Shown in pieces: positions 1 to 14,338 of a DNA stretch of 64,000 nucleotides. The stretch comes from Eledone cirrhosa (lineage: Eukaryota): the NCBI GenBank assembly GCA_964016885.1, contig OZ024740.1, forward strand, positions 253,394,001-253,458,000. Reading direction: 5' to 3'. Position 1 is the stretch's first letter. Each line of letters opens with the position of its first letter. Position numbers and translations under genes: made by a program. The notes under the pieces were generated by a model. It was not told the DNA's origin. It worked only from the letters and a program-made list of their open reading frames with translations, and ran no database searches.

Positions 1-85
1 AACACCAGGAAGAGACATGATTGTCGGCTACTGGTACAAAAAACTGATATTCTATCAGAGGTATCTTACCGACCTCTACCAACAA
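1..85 (+). repeat. Direct copy of an internal R4 segment (1318-1402)
   Basis: Bases 1-85 are identical to 1318-1402. Confidence 0.9.
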
Positions 86-3000
86 CTGGTAGTTGTGGCA
101 TTACTGTTGGAGATAGTATTCATCTTAAATTTAATGAATAATTCTTCTAATTATATCCACTGAAGACACCTTTTTTTCGAATTTGTAGAGATATCCGACT
201 AAATACATAATTCATTTTACAAAGATTTTCTACAAACAGCATGGCTGAACACAACATCAACAACAACAACAACATTAGTGGAATACCAAAGAAAAACGAG
301 AAAGGTAAACAAAATTTATTCAGTTGTAGCTACAGAAGAAACCGAAATTATAAATTGCATTTCTCTTGGAGTTGCGAATTTAATAATGATTTATTTAATT
401 GTTATAAAATGGCAAAAAACAATCCTTCCATTGGCTATATGAACAGAATGAAGCTACACTGGGACGAAATACACCCAGAGCCAAATCACTTCACAGCGAA
501 ACAATTACGCCAACAAGCGACATTTGTTGAACGTAAAAATAAGATGAATATTATTAATTGTAAGTACCCCACAACAAACATGGAATCAACAACATGTGCT
601 ACAGGTCGCCATACTACTAGACTTCCTAGTAGCCAGGTCGAACAGCGCCTTGAAACAACTATGCCTGTAAGAAACTTGACACCAGCTGTACCATCTAAGT
701 CTACCTCGAATGCTGGGGAAAACACTATCGATAATAATAATAATCGAAGAAATAATAATAATAATCGAAGAAATTTGACACCACATGTACCATCCGAGTT
801 TACCTCGACTGTTGTGGAAAATACTATCGATAATGATAATAATCAAAAGTATAAACAATGAAAAATTTCCCTCAATGAAATCTTCCAGAGAGAAATTAAT
901 TCATGTATAAATATCTCTCTTGCTGAACGTATTAAAACGACAATATTTAATAATAAAAAACCAAAGAATGAAATAGTATGTATTATTGACGAAATAGGAG
1001 ATGAATATTTACGACGGATAAAAACCCCAACATTTTGGCTAATCAACGCCTGTTTATATGCTTAGCAACGAGAGTTAAGCATTATCTTGGTGATAGCAGA
1101 GATATTAACAAGAACAAAACACCACCAAATATACCATCATATATAACTAAAATAGAAAAAAAACATTGCTGACCTACGGAAAACCATAGGATATGTGACA
1201 ATGCTCCTTACATGCAAAAACACTTCACTCTTCACCAACAAAGAGTGAAAAATAAAATAAAGACGATGTTTGTGAGAGCACTCTTGAGACTGTGATAGAA
1301 AAACTCCAAGATAAGAAAACACCAGGAAGAGACATGATTGTCGGCTACTGGTACAAAAAACTGATATTCTATCAGAGGTATCTTACCGACCTCTACCAAC
1401 AATTTCTTAAGGGAGATACACTTATACCAGAATTGTTGACATTAGCACAAACATTACTGGTCCCCAATAACAAAGAAACCCACTTGCCAAAAAACTACTG
1501 ACCCATTACATGCCAGAACCTAACGTGTAAGATGTATACAGCCTGCCTGAACCTATTCCTCCAAGATCACTGTGAAAATAATAACATCATCATAGATGAA
1601 CAAGCAGCTGGAAAGAAAAGGGTTTGGGGATGTGCTGAACAACTCCTAATCAACAAAACTGTGATGTCGGAGGTGCGACAACATAGGAGGAATATGGCTA
1701 CAGTCTGGCTGGACTACAGGAAAGCTTTCGATTCTGTTTCCCCACTCTTGGATGATAGATGTCCCAGACATTATTGTCAGAGTCATAGAGAAGGTGTCTT
1801 CTTCTTGGGCTACTATCCTAAAGTTAAAGACAGAGAAGGAGGACTCTATTTTCACTGATAAAATAAAATATTGCAGGGGTATATTTCAGGGAGACAGTCT
1901 CTCTGTGCTATTATTTATCCTGTCCTTAAGCCACTTGTCCTTTCTGCTCAAGAAATGTGAATGATACATCATTGCCTCACAGGCGGACAGAAATATGAAC
2001 CTAACCCACAATTTCTTTGTGGACGATCTGAAACTCTATGCCAAGAACATGGATGGGATGAAGAAAAATCTTGACCTGGTTACAACATTCTCAAAGGATA
2101 TAGGAATGGAGTTTGGCCAAGATAAATGCTCATACATGACTGTAAAGCGGGTAAAAACAACAACCCAATCTAGCAACATTGTCATCAACGGCCTAACTGT
2201 TTCACCGATATCTGATGAGGTCTGCTACAGATACCCGGGGATAGATGAGAACATATCCTATAATGGTATCTGTAATAAAGAATGCGTAACCAGGGAATAC
2301 TACACCCGATTAAGAAAGATCTGGTCATCGGAACTCTCTGCGCAAAAACAAAACAGTGGCTCACAATGTGTTTGCTGTGCCTGTCCTAACACCAACGTTT
2401 GGAATACTCAATTGGACGATAGACGAAATCCGAGCAATTGATGTTAGAACTCTAAAAATACTAAACAACACCGGAAACTTCCACAACAACAGTGACATAG
2501 ACTGTCTTTACTTGAAACATAAGCAGGAAGCAGAGGCCTAACATCAGTCCAGACAACATTTGATTGTCGCATCATATCCCTCCGACATCTACGAACCTGA
2601 AAGCGTAGGATCCCGTCTCTCGAGCAAGTCTATCTGCATGAAGTTGGGAAGGAACTCCTCGAAAGAAATTCCGTGTGTGATAATCAAAAACTCACACCCA
2701 GAGAAGTCGCTCAGCAGTATCGCAGTGAATCCATGGATGAAAAACTGCATTCTTCTCAGCAAAAAAATCATGCATGGATATGTTGCCAGGAAGCTCCAGA
2801 GTGAGAATAATATAGATAAAGAAAGTAGTCTATCTTGGACCAACAACCGCTATATTGACTCTCACTTTGAAGGATACGCTTTTGCAATCCAAGAACAGGA
2901 GATTAACACGAAATACCTGATTCAGAAGAGATAGGGATGCAGGAAAAACACCTAGATGTGATAACAAGTGTAGACTCTGCAGAATTAACATTGAAGATGT

Positions 3001-3782
3001 CACCCATGTCATCAGCAGCTGTCCAAAGTTGTCATCGCGGTACTATCTACCTATGAGGCATGATGTAGTGGCCAAAACACTGTACAATGCAATCCATAGA
3101 AAAGATAGCCCCGACAATAAACACATTAAAAGCTACAGCAATGTGGAAGACATACATATACATAATATGAAAGAGTACTGGTGGAATATTCCAGTAAAAA
3201 CCCCAATAAAATGCAGGCATAACAGACCAGATATTATGATATGGGACAGGGAGAAGAAGACAGTAGTGGAAGTTAGCTGCCCTGCAGATGCCAATATAAT
3301 ATCAAAGATTACTGAAAAGGAGAATATTTATGCAGAACTAATGAGAAATCTACAGATACTCCAGCTTATTCCTCTGATTATTGGGGCACTGGGATATGTT
3401 AGTAACTGCCTCAATACAAATCTTGAGAAGCTAGGCTTCACAGAAACAGAAAGAACACAACTAGTTAGGAAATTACAAGTACAATCCATTAATGGAACAG
3501 TAAAAATATGTAAAACATTCCAAAAATGTTGCATCTAATAACTGCATATACACATGTTCAGATACACAGCATATACACATGCACACATATAACTCAAAGC
3601 ATGCGCATCCACACATACCTACACACACATGCATGGATGCAGACATGCATACATATCTACCTAGTTGATGTTGTGTAAATTCCAATGAGAGAGTCTTGCA
3701 TCTATGTTAGAAACCGACTCTCTCACTATTGGCAAAAATTTGTGAAATTATAAAACCAGAAGAACATACATACATACATACA
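86..3782 (+). mobile_element. R4/Dong-type non-LTR retrotransposon (RT + restriction-like endonuclease), degenerate
   Basis: Broken ORFs 241-3538 carry RT motifs KTPGRD, WLDYRKAFDSV, RGIFQGDSLS and FFVDDLKLY, a CCHC (CRLC..H..C at ~2970-3022) and RLE motifs RHD, RPD and EVSCP. There are many stops/frameshifts. The 3' UTR ends in (CATA)n. Confidence 0.85.
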
Positions 3783-3869
3783 GTCCATTACTTTTAACTT
3801 TTAACACTGCAGTGCCTCCATATCATGAACTCCCACACAGTCAAAAATATACATCCAGTGCCAGTGCTA

Positions 3870-4145
3870 CTTTTAAGGCTAACTAGGTGTAACCATTAGG
3901 GCCAACTAGAACAAATACCTGAGAGATGGTTACCATTAGAGTCACATAGGGCACAGACCTCAGAGCTTTGCTACAACTAAGACCAAGTAGGACACAGACA
4001 TCAGAGGTGCTACCATTAAGGTCAACTAGGCTGCCACTTATGGCACAAACTTTAGAGAGCAGCTACCATTGAGGCTAACAAAAACACATACATCAGCAGT
4101 GCTATCATTAAGGTCAACTAGGACACAGACCTCAGAGAGGTACAT
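3870..4145. repeat. Degenerate ~40-bp minisatellite
   Basis: Recurrent unit resembling ccattaaggtcaactaggacacagacctcagag, about 6 imperfect copies. Confidence 0.7.
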
Positions 4146-4744
4146 TACTGAACTATAAAGAATCATTTAACATCTGCTTTCTCTGCTACCAAGTGTTGGG
4201 TGGGTTTTCACAGACTGATTCAGTATTGAGGTACTGACCTCCTAGACAGGCTGGGATTCACATCTCACTTATATGCAGACACACTTAGTGGCACCTGCAC
4301 TAGAGCGGTTGTCATGTCTTTGACACAAATGAAGGGTCCTTCTGACCCGTTGTTTCGCAAGCTTTCTATGACTGCATGCCCTTCTTATAACAAAGCCCTT
4401 TACAGTATGCACTGGCTGCATTTATCATGTAGATCACCAACACTATGGAGGTTGTCAATGCCTCGAGACAATTAAAGGGTCCTGTCAACCCTTTTAGACA
4501 AGATTTCCAATGTGGCATGCCCTTCCTATCACTAACCACCTTACAATATGTACTAGGTGCATATATAAATATATATATATATATATCATCACCACTAACA
4601 CCACCCTCTCTCTGTAAAGTAGGTACCACAACATCCAGTCCAAATAAATGAGATAATGAGATCGTGTAGGTGTCACGACAAAAAACACACAGTCCACACT
4701 GTAATGTGGCCATGTAGGTAACACGGTAAAAAGTTCCCAGTTCC

Positions 4745-4913
4745 ACACTGTAAATGTGGTTGGTGTTAGGAAGGGCATCCAGCCGTAGAAAACCTGCCAG
4801 ATAGTCCTATATGAGCAAGACACGGTCACCCGACCAACCTTGCCTCGAGTGGGACAACTCCCGTCTAACCCATGCTAGCGTGGAAGATGGACGTTAAACG
4901 AAGATGATGATGA
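4745..4913 (+). mobile_element. RTE-related 3' tail / SINE fragment
   Basis: aggaagggcatccagccgtagaaa...ctaacccatgctagcgtggaagatggacgttaaac(gat)n. The same tail follows the RTE RT fragment at ~58945-59092 and occurs inverted at ~63417-63460. Confidence 0.6.
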
Positions 4914-5164
4914 TATATACAATACATGTTTTATAATTCTTTGCCATGATAAAATGCTTCAAATAATTTGATTCTATATACAGTAGTGTGATCAATAGGA
5001 CATATTTGATCAGAGTTATATGCATGACCCAGTTTATGACCTGTATCTCATGTGTGACAATTAAGGAATAGGAACTAATTGTGAGCCTTAACAGACTGCC
5101 ACCATAACAGTAACCATTACACGGTTCACTTGCTTTTGATGTATTGACAATTACCATATAAGTA

Positions 5165-5308
5165 CAGGTATGGCTGTGTGATTAAGGTGTTTGCTTCACA
5201 GTTTCATGTTCAATTCTATTGCTTGACACCTTGGACAAGTGTCTTCTACTATGGCCTCGAGTTGACCAATCAATTGCCTTGTGAATGAAATTTAGTAAAC
5301 AGAAACTG
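5165..5308 (+). mobile_element. tRNA-derived SINE (cephalopod-like family), degenerate
   Basis: A-box-like tggctgtgtgatt and B-box-like gttcaattc, followed by caccttggacaagtgtcttctactatggcctc...gccttgtgaatg. Confidence 0.6.
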
Positions 5309-5314
5309 CAGTAA

Positions 5315-5950
5315 TCTATATATATAAAACTGAGGATGTGTATGTCTGTGAGTTTGAATCCCTAAAACTCGAGAAGTACCCAACCGGTTTTTTTTCAAAC
5401 TTCACATGTGTATTACTTATGTTTCAGGGAGTGTTATGCACATAAAAAATTCAACTTTTTGATCCACTAGGGCCCGCATTAGGTGAAAAACTGCGTTTTT
5501 TCAGCTTTTTAGGGATTTTTTTAGGTGTTACGTCAGACCGATTTCCTTTAAATTGTAACTATACATAATCAGTCCCTTCTTCATACCGTGAGCAAAGAAA
5601 ATCCAACTTTTTTATGGCCTAAGGCCCGCATTAGGTAAAAACTTTTTTTTGAGGCGTGACGTCAATCACATTCACAGTTATTTCCCTTGGAATATATTGT
5701 ATTATTAGAAGTCTGATCTAGGCATTTTATGCACAAAAACATTTTCTTGATTACCTAGGGCCCGCATTAGGTGAAAACCTGCATTTTTCCTGCTTCATCG
5801 AGGAAAATCTTAAAGATTATCCAACCATCAGAGTATTCTGTTTATTTTCTTTACATACTGTCGAGGTATGCAGTTTTTCCACGATTAGGTCTGCTGGCGG
5901 CCCACGTTCCAAAATACCTTATCCCGTGCAACGCCGGGTACCACTGCTAG
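5315..5950 (+). mobile_element. Non-autonomous Helitron
   Basis: A|TCTATATATATAAAA 5' end; 3' hairpin cccgtgcaacgccggg followed by CTAG|T; inserted at an AT with no TSD; three internal ~25-bp repeats (ctagggcccgcattaggtgaaaa-like). Confidence 0.85.
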
Positions 5951-6214
5951 TATATATATAAATATGTATATATATATATATTTGTTTTGAAAGGTTTTTA
6001 ATATGAAATTGTGTGTTGAAACAAATGTTGTTACATTTGGGGAAGGTCATATTGTCATAATATTACCAAAAATACACTCACTGTTTTGTTTGGGTTGATT
6101 TTCGCTTCCGTATATTATTTTATATCCCTATAGTTAATTTAACTGGCAATCAATGTTTATCAATGATTGACCAACAATTAAAAATATAGATATAAATGTA
6201 TATACATATATATA

Positions 6215-6800
6215 TAGACTCTCAGAGTTCTTTCATCACACACCTGCGACATCATCATTACTTATTTTTATTTTTTTATTTATCTTTTTATTTTTTTATT
6301 TACTTATTGTTGTCTCTGTTTGTGCATGGGTTTGTGTGTGTGTTTTCTGTTTGGTGTGTGTTCGTGTCTGAGTCTGTGTGTGTTTGTATTCTGTTCACTA
6401 TTGTGTGTTTGTGTATGGTTGTTATTGTTGTTATTCCAACTTCGGTTTTCTTAGTTCTATTTCAGTTGCTTCCCTAATTTGTCTACCTGTTGAGTCATTT
6501 CTATGTTTAGATATTATTTTAATTTCTATGTTGTCTATATTACCACCATGTCCTAGTCTGGCATGTTCATATAGTACGGAACCGTCTTTTTGTCCTTTTA
6601 GTTCACCCCAGTGTTGGTCTATTCCCTCCCTTATGCTCTGAGCTGTCCCTCCTATGTATGTCGTTGTCATGTTTTTGCAAGTAACCTCTGTACATCTAAT
6701 GCTATAGACTACATTTCTAGTTTTACAATTTATTTGTAGATTTATTCTACATATAACACATTTGTTCTTAGTACAGTGGGGTATCTTAAATGGGAAGCAC
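6215..6800 (-). mobile_element. Penelope-like element 3' fragment (GIY-YIG domain, Neptune-like)
   Basis: Minus strand reads CTKNKCVIC..NCKTRNVVYSIRC..TYIGGT..LYEHARLGH..RQIREATEI. A decayed hammerhead (ATGATGA..GAAA) lies at ~6220-6268. Confidence 0.75.
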
Positions 6801-6947
6801 TGGTTGATCAGTCAGTCCTGTTTGCATGCCAACACAAGAGTGAGAATGCGGGGCTCATTCTACTGGAATGGCTTATAAAAAAAAGTATATTTGCATAATT
6901 GCAAATGAATCGAATATTATCATTAATATTCGAAAAACTCGGATTAC

Positions 6948-7017
<70 letters not shown>

Positions 7018-7068
7018 TAATAAAAACAATGAAAAAAAACAAAAACAGTTCCTTATATTTAAAAATTC

Positions 7069-7202
7069 ATCATTTTACGATCGTTTCTAGGATATACATG
7101 TGTGTGTTGGTATGTATATCATATAGATCTATGTAAACAATTTACAAACTATCAGAGGAAATATACATACCTACACATATATATGCTGTCTTCAGAAATA
7201 AT
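7069..7202 (-). ncRNA. Type I hammerhead ribozyme motif with long stem II (relative of the Naiad pLTR hammerhead)
   Basis: Minus strand: attattt-CTGAAGA-(~100 nt hairpin)-GAAAC-GATC-GTA-aaatgat. Confidence 0.65.
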
Positions 7203-7215
7203 TATATTTTGGTAG

Positions 7216-7290
<75 letters not shown>

Positions 7291-7294
<4 letters not shown>

Positions 7295-7820
7295 CGGACA
7301 CAGGATGAAACTAGGATACTCCTGTGCTAAGAATATGAAGGCCCACATCCCCAACAGCCATAAGAGCAGCACCCCACCAGGACGCTCTTGCCGAAAGTCT
7401 AAAGCTTGTCCCCTTCAACAACAATGCAACACACCCACTGTAATTTACGAAGTTGTTGTTACTTCCAACCGACAAAATCAACAACAAGAGGTTAAATCCT
7501 ATGTAGGTATGGCGGAGGGCCGGTTTAAGGAACGCTTCCTGAAACATCAGTCGATACCCGATCAAACAATTGTCCACGGAACTCGCAAGCCAAGTATGGT
7601 CCCTCAAAGACTCAGGTGAAGACTACTCCATCCAATGGAAAGCAATCACTAAGTCCAAGCCATATGCAAGGGCCAATCCGTCTTGTGGACTGTGCATTGA
7701 AGAAAGGATCAATATCCTGAGAAGTTTACGCAATAACGATTACCTAAATTCAAGGAATGAACTTTTTTCACGTTGTCCACACGTCTGGAAATACCTTTTG
7801 AATAATTACAAAGCTCCAGA
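7291..7820 (+). mobile_element. Penelope-like (Naiad-type) GIY-YIG C-terminal fragment
   Basis: KLGYSC, CPLQQQC, VIYEV..SYVGMAEGRFKERF, CGLCIEE..YLNSRNELFSRCPH; one frameshift; (TA)n on both sides. Confidence 0.8.
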
Positions 7821-7921
7821 TATATATATATATGCAGCAATAATATTAAATGTGAAGACTAAAATCGGAAGGGCTCGATCCCGTTAAGGGTGAAAGTAGC
7901 GGCTTAAATTGTAATCTGCTA

Positions 7922-7957
<36 letters not shown>

Positions 7958-7960
<3 letters not shown>

Positions 7961-9050
7961 CGAAGGAAGTGTGGGAAGGAACCAGGTGGACCATAACGGA
8001 CCAGAATACTCAATACGTAGGGTAGTAGAGTGGGTAATAGGAAAATGTTCAAGACCCCGACGGCAGAGCTCGAGCCGTTTCGATGGCTATTTTTGGACTC
8101 CATAAATAGCCGTACTCGGTGGGTCTACGTACCAGCCTGGCTAGAACATTCTTTAGAGTATTGGATAAATGTTTCCCTGGGGCCCACAAGTACCATAAAA
8201 TATTCAACAGGCACACGGTGAAACTTTCCTACTCAACAACACGCTCCGTAGCCCAGCATATATCTGGCATAAATATGAATAGGCTCACTGCCTCTAATAC
8301 CATCGTAAACCCCGGAGCCACCCAACAGAACCAGCACGCGGGACGCACCGGAACCCGGACAGGCCCAACTAGCACACCGGAACCCAACGACCCTGTGCTG
8401 ATTGCGGAGGCTACCCAGCCAACCCCGAGTGATGGTAACCACGCGGTACATATGGTGGGGCTTAAGAAGTCATGTAATTTCAGAGACCCATCACTATGCC
8501 CCCTTAGTAATGAATGCATGACGGAAAACGTAGTCTAGAGGTGCAAGGTCACAACCCCTAACTCGGAGAACCACTACATAGGATCCACAGCGACGAGCTT
8601 CAAAGATCGGTGGTATAACCATCGCCATTCTTTTAACAGAATAGATAAGAGGAAATGTACGGCCCTTTCTGAATTGATCTGGAAGCTCAGACTTGAAAAG
8701 ACCCCGCACTCTCTGGTCTGGTCCGTGGTTAGAAAGGTTCCCCCAGACAGAGGCGGGTCTGGTATTTGCAACCTCTGTCTTAGTGAGATACTCGGAACCA
8801 AGCTATTAAACAGAAGGACCGACTTATTCGATGCCTGCAGACACCTAAGGACTGGAACGTTCCTCAAGCTATATGGATAAACCCCGGTTAAGGCCTCCCA
8901 CAACGCCCCCCCCCCCTGTAGGTCCCCTACACCCCGTACCAATGGCCAATGGACAACAACAACTACCCATAGTTTGTGGTCCCTATGGTGGATGGTCCAC
9001 CGGATCCTCTACTGGTTAGGAGTCATCAAAACCATGTTTTATTGAACCTG
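7958..9050 (+). mobile_element. Penelope-like (Naiad-type) 3' fragment with an inverted pLTR end at its 5' side
   Basis: HKYHKIFNRHTVKLSYS, CPLSNEC, YIGST..FKDRWYNH, CNLCLSE..LLNRRTDLFDACRH. Segment 7958-8100 is the reverse-complement homologue of 42911-43055. Confidence 0.75.
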
Positions 9051-9921
9051 ATTTTATATATATATATATTATGTGTATATATGTATATATGTTATAATGT
9101 GTATATATGTGTATTATATATATATATATATATTTTATATATATATATATATATATGTATATGTGTATTTTATATATATATATGTATGTATATTTTATAT
9201 AAGTGTGTATTTTATATGTATGTGTATTTTAATATATATATATATTTTATATATATATATGTGTTTTATATATATATATATATATATACTTGTGCGTACA
9301 TATATATATACACACCTGTATGGATTTGTGTGTGTAGATGTGTGTGTGTCTGATGGGGTAGGTGTGAGTGTATGTACAAGTCAACCAACATAAGCCTTTT
9401 ATTTCTAAATTTTATAAACTATCTAAGTATTTGACTCTAACCATTATTTTAAGTATTACCACCCCACATTAATTCCTCAATTTGTATGTGTGGATGTGTG
9501 TGTGTGGAGGGGGGTGAGTCTACGTGCAAGCCAACCTACATAAGTCTTTTTATTTGTAAATGTTCTACTCTAACCATAATTTTCAGTAGCACCACTCCAC
9601 ATAAATTCCTCAATTTAAGAATGACCTGTAGTATCTATTTCATACTATTAACCTTAATTGAATATATATCTGACCAGGAATGCTTTTTGTGAAAATCAGT
9701 CATATGGAATCATTGTCATCTTGCCTGACGGTTTGAACTTTACAACACCACCTGCCTCTTTGAGGTCAAATACCAACCCTACTATCATCTACAAACTGAC
9801 CAATGAGAATTAAGACTATTCCTGCTGACAACATTAAATTATTCCTAACAAGCTCATATGTCCCAAGGCTCTGATACCATCAACACTATAAATACAGAGC
9901 TGGCATATCTAAGAACTGACT

Positions 9922-9979
9922 AACTGCCTGATGAGGTCATAGCCATTCAATAGCTATCATCGAAATATATATAGCAGTA
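9922..9979 (+). ncRNA. Type I hammerhead ribozyme at the 3' end of a PLE remnant
   Basis: actgc-CTGATGA-ggtcatagc..gctatcatc-GAAA-tatatata-gcagt; stems I and II pair. An upstream PDGLN (end of GIY-YIG) lies at ~9725-9740. Confidence 0.75.
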
Positions 9980-10057
9980 AATAAAGGATTATGAGTTCAT
10001 GCAATTGACTTATGTTTCGTCACTATATGTATATATATATATATAATAAATGAAGAA

Positions 10058-10405
10058 TTAGAAATAGAAGCCAGGAATATCCGTCATCAGTGGTCTACTA
10101 GCCATCATAGGTATTTCTTCGCATTAGAAACCATATACTTCAAGCTAGTGCGATACAATAACTAAATTAAGTTATTGTTCAAAATGAATTATTGACTTGA
10201 TTTTTATCATTTTTTCCTCTCTTTACGTTGCCTCACCATTCGTGTTTGTTTACCTGTCTCTCTTTCTCCACCCAGCTCTTTTTAGCCCAATAACCTAATT
10301 TAGTTATTGTATCGCTCTAGCTTGAGGTATATGGTCTGAAATGCGAAGAAATACCTATGATGGCTAGTAGACCACTGATGACGGATCTTCCTGACTTCTA
10401 TTTCT
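10058..10405. repeat. Inverted repeat with ~110-bp arms
   Basis: 10058-10170 is the near-perfect reverse complement of 10296-10405. Confidence 0.85.
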
Positions 10406-10444
10406 TTCTCTCTCTCTCTCACTCTCTCTCTCTCTCTCTGTCTC

Positions 10445-10489
<45 letters not shown>

Positions 10490-10540
10490 ATATGATTGTT
10501 CAGTTGAATAGGAAGTTAATTATATGTCCAAACTTTGCTA

Positions 10541-10590
10541 GTAGTCTGATGATTCCAAACGAAAGTTTGGAAGAAACGATTGTCAACAAT
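10541..10590 (+). ncRNA. Type I hammerhead motif (family B) in a 135-bp pLTR fragment
   Basis: CTGATGA-ttccaaac-gaaa-gtttggaa-GAAAC-gatt-GTC; stem I is weak in this copy. Confidence 0.65.
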
Positions 10591-10618
10591 AAAATGTGTT
10601 GAACATAGTTTTGATTAT

Positions 10619-10704
<86 letters not shown>

Positions 10705-10706
<2 letters not shown>

Positions 10707-11402
10707 GATAAATCTACCAAAAGTTTACGGTAGTGTCCAATCCGTATGAAGAACTCAATGTAATCCGGATATCATGGAAAGAAGAGATGCATTCAAAAAT
10801 CACTTTCGGTGAAAGATAAACGGAATACAGAGTCAAGATAAAATATTTAAAAAATAATGAATAAAACAATGAAACAGTTCCTTATATTAAACAAAAAAAG
10901 TTCATTATTTAACGATCGTTTCTAGGACATATATGTGTTAGAATTGGCATGAATATTCAAAAGATCTATGTACAAAATTATACAAAATTATACAAACTAT
11001 CAAATAGAATATACATACCAACACATACATATGCCGTCTTCAGAAATAATGAAGTATATTTATTGATAATAACAACAATTCAAAATTACAGGTCTGTTTG
11101 GGAACAGATTTTAAATAGACCAATGAAATACATAAAAATACATCAAGAAAATACAGTTAGGTGTGTGTATATATGCAAGTAACTTCGTTCACAGATATGC
11201 ATAAAAATGTATGTTCACATGCATACGCATGTCGAAAAAGTGTATGTAAATAAAAAAATTCAGGGCTAATGTCTCTGTATGTTTATAATCCACAGACAAA
11301 ATACACATACGTATACATACATATATACACTCATATATACACACATATACATACATTCATACACACACACGCATATATACACAAACATACACATACCCAC
11401 GA

Positions 11403-11437
<35 letters not shown>

Positions 11438-11668
11438 CACATACGTATATATTATTATTATAACTATATGGTTATTGAGGCGCACACATAAACACGGCCA
11501 CATACACTTACATCTAGATGCAGAACTAAAAATAGGTAAGGGAGTAAGTAATTACAGAGGGTGTCAGACTCAGCATATTTATAAAAATGTATCTATAAAT
11601 TTAGAAATAAAAAGAAATATATTAGAAGAAATAAACAAGTAAAACATATAGTCATACATATAAATACA

Positions 11669-11718
<50 letters not shown>

Positions 11719-12067
11719 TACATATATATATATATATATATACACACATACACATACACACACACACATATATATACACACATATATACATATATGTACC
11801 CACACATACACACATACATACACATACATATTCATATATACATATATATACATATATATATACACACATATATATACACACACATATATATACACACACA
11901 CACATACATATACGTATATATACACATACACACACATACCATGTATATATACACACAACCACACACTCACACACAACTCAGACATAGATAAATATAGAGA
12001 CATACATACACACATATATACATATACATATATACATACATATAAATATATATACACATATATATAT

Positions 12068-12100
<33 letters not shown>

Positions 12101-12220
12101 AAATAATAAATAAATACACAGTCAGACAATTATGCACATATATACACATACATACACACATCTCTACAAATACATATACATACACATACATACATACACA
12201 TATATATACATATATATATA

Positions 12221-12285
<65 letters not shown>

Positions 12286-14079
12286 TCATACACACTTATT
12301 TACATGCGCATATATGTATTTTTATACTCACATACAAACACACAAACATACATACATACTTACATACACATACATACATCCACGCTTACAAATACGAATA
12401 ATTATAGGGGGGGAGGGGGATTAAAATTATTACTGGGAAATAGTAAATATAGGTTTCAAGGAACATAGAATATTAATCTGCATTTAAATCATAATATATG
12501 TTTACATAGTAGTGTCAGTATTAGGAAATGTAAGAAAGAAGGCAAAATTATGCATTTTAATATAAGTAGACTATTAATTATAGGTTAATTAAAGTAAAAA
12601 TAGTTAATATATTAATTTCTAAGGTGTATACTACTTAGGTTTATAATATTTAAAGCGGAATTTTGAAGTTAAACAGTAGTAGAGTATTAATTATAGCATA
12701 ACTAAATTAAAAATATTAACATGATGGTATCAATTTTAGGAAATGAATTTTGTAATAGGGAAAGCCAAATCAAGTATTTCATCGATAGTAGAATATTAAT
12801 TATAGGTTACCTAAATTAAAAATTATATATTAATTTCTATAGTATATGTTAATTAGGTTTATAATAATTAAAGCAAATTTTGTATTTTATCTATAGTAGA
12901 ATATAATTATAGGTTAACTAAAATTAAAATTAATCTATATATTTATTTGTAAAGAATATATTAATTAGGTATATATTTAAAAGTTTTTCTCAGTTTATGA
13001 TTACATGATATTCTGCAATCCATCTGTATTAGAATTTTAATTTTAAGCTAACTAAATTAAAATTATAGGTTAACTAAATTAAAATTAATTTATAAATTAA
13101 TTTCTAAGTTGTACATTAATTAGGTTTATAATATTAAAAGGTATTTCTCTGTTATTGATTACACGATATTTTGTTATATTTCATCTGTAAAGGAATTTTA
13201 ATAAAAGGTTAAATAACCTAAAATTAATCTATAAATTAATTTCCAAAGTATATATTAATTATGTTAATAATATTTAAAAGTTTTTCACAATTTATGATTA
13301 CACAATATTTTATTAATTTCATCTGTAGTAGAATTTTAATTAAATTAAAATTATAGGTTAACTACATTTAAATTAAATTATATATTAATTTCTAAAATAT
13401 ATATTATTAATTAGGTTTATAATATTTAAATGTTTTTCTCAGTTTATGATTACACGATATAATTAATTCCTGTCGCTTATTTAATAGGATATCTTTAGAT
13501 TTCATTATTTCAAATAGTTCTTGGGAACACAATCTACATTCATTTCTATTATTTTGATAAGGGGTGGCTCTTTTGAGCACACTCCAGGTCATATCATATT
13601 CTATATTCTTATTTCTATAACTATTAATTTTTTCTGCTAGAGATGTTGTATTAGCCAGTGCGGCATTTTTAAAACTATGTTTGTGGGTATTAAACCTTAC
13701 CTTAAAATTGTTAGAAGTAGCTCCTATATATGAGCAAATAGAATCTTTAGTTTTAACTTTACATTTATAAACTATGTTGTTAACAAGACAATTTCCTTTT
13801 AATGGGCAGTTTGCTTTGTTTCTACAGTTACAACCTTTCGTTAATTCTGTATTTGAGGAGATATTATGGTTAGTTTGATGTATTGGTGGTATACTTATGG
13901 TTTTTTTACATTTATATGCATTATAGGCACTTATATTTTGTTTTATGTTTTTGGTTGTTGAGTATGAGAATTTAACTGTTGATCTATTTAAGATTTGATG
14001 GTATTTGTGGTTTGGCGGGAAGTTTTTCTCTAGGATATTAACATTTTTTTTAGCAATATTATCCTTAATTTGTAAATTA
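10705..14079 (-). mobile_element. Inverted, 5'-truncated copy of the Naiad PLE (GIY-YIG end, 3' UTR, pLTR)
   Basis: Reverse complement of 17629-20836, continuing into sequence equal to 15566-15698. ORF 13407-13592 matches the C-terminus of the 697-aa ORF except for one residue (R/K). Confidence 0.92.
10901..11053 (-). ncRNA. Type I hammerhead with 114-nt stem II (family A, copy 1)
   Basis: Reverse complement of 15350-15502. Confidence 0.7.
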
Positions 14080-14082
14080 TGA

Positions 14083-14200
<118 letters not shown>

Positions 14201-14296
14201 GTGTATGTATGTATGTGTATGTGTATGTATTTGTAGAGATGTGTGTATGTATGTGTATATATGTGCATAATTGTCTGACTGTGTGTATTTATTTAT

Positions 14297-14338
<42 letters not shown>

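Noticed and set aside
152-197. Possible hammerhead in the R4 5' UTR (CTGAAGA..CGAA..GTA)
   Set aside because: There is no pairing stem II, and the GAAA box is incomplete.
3681-3732. Hairpin in the R4 3' UTR as a ribozyme or terminator
   Set aside because: The stem is real (gagagagtc/gactctctc), but there is no catalytic core; likely an ordinary LINE 3' structure.
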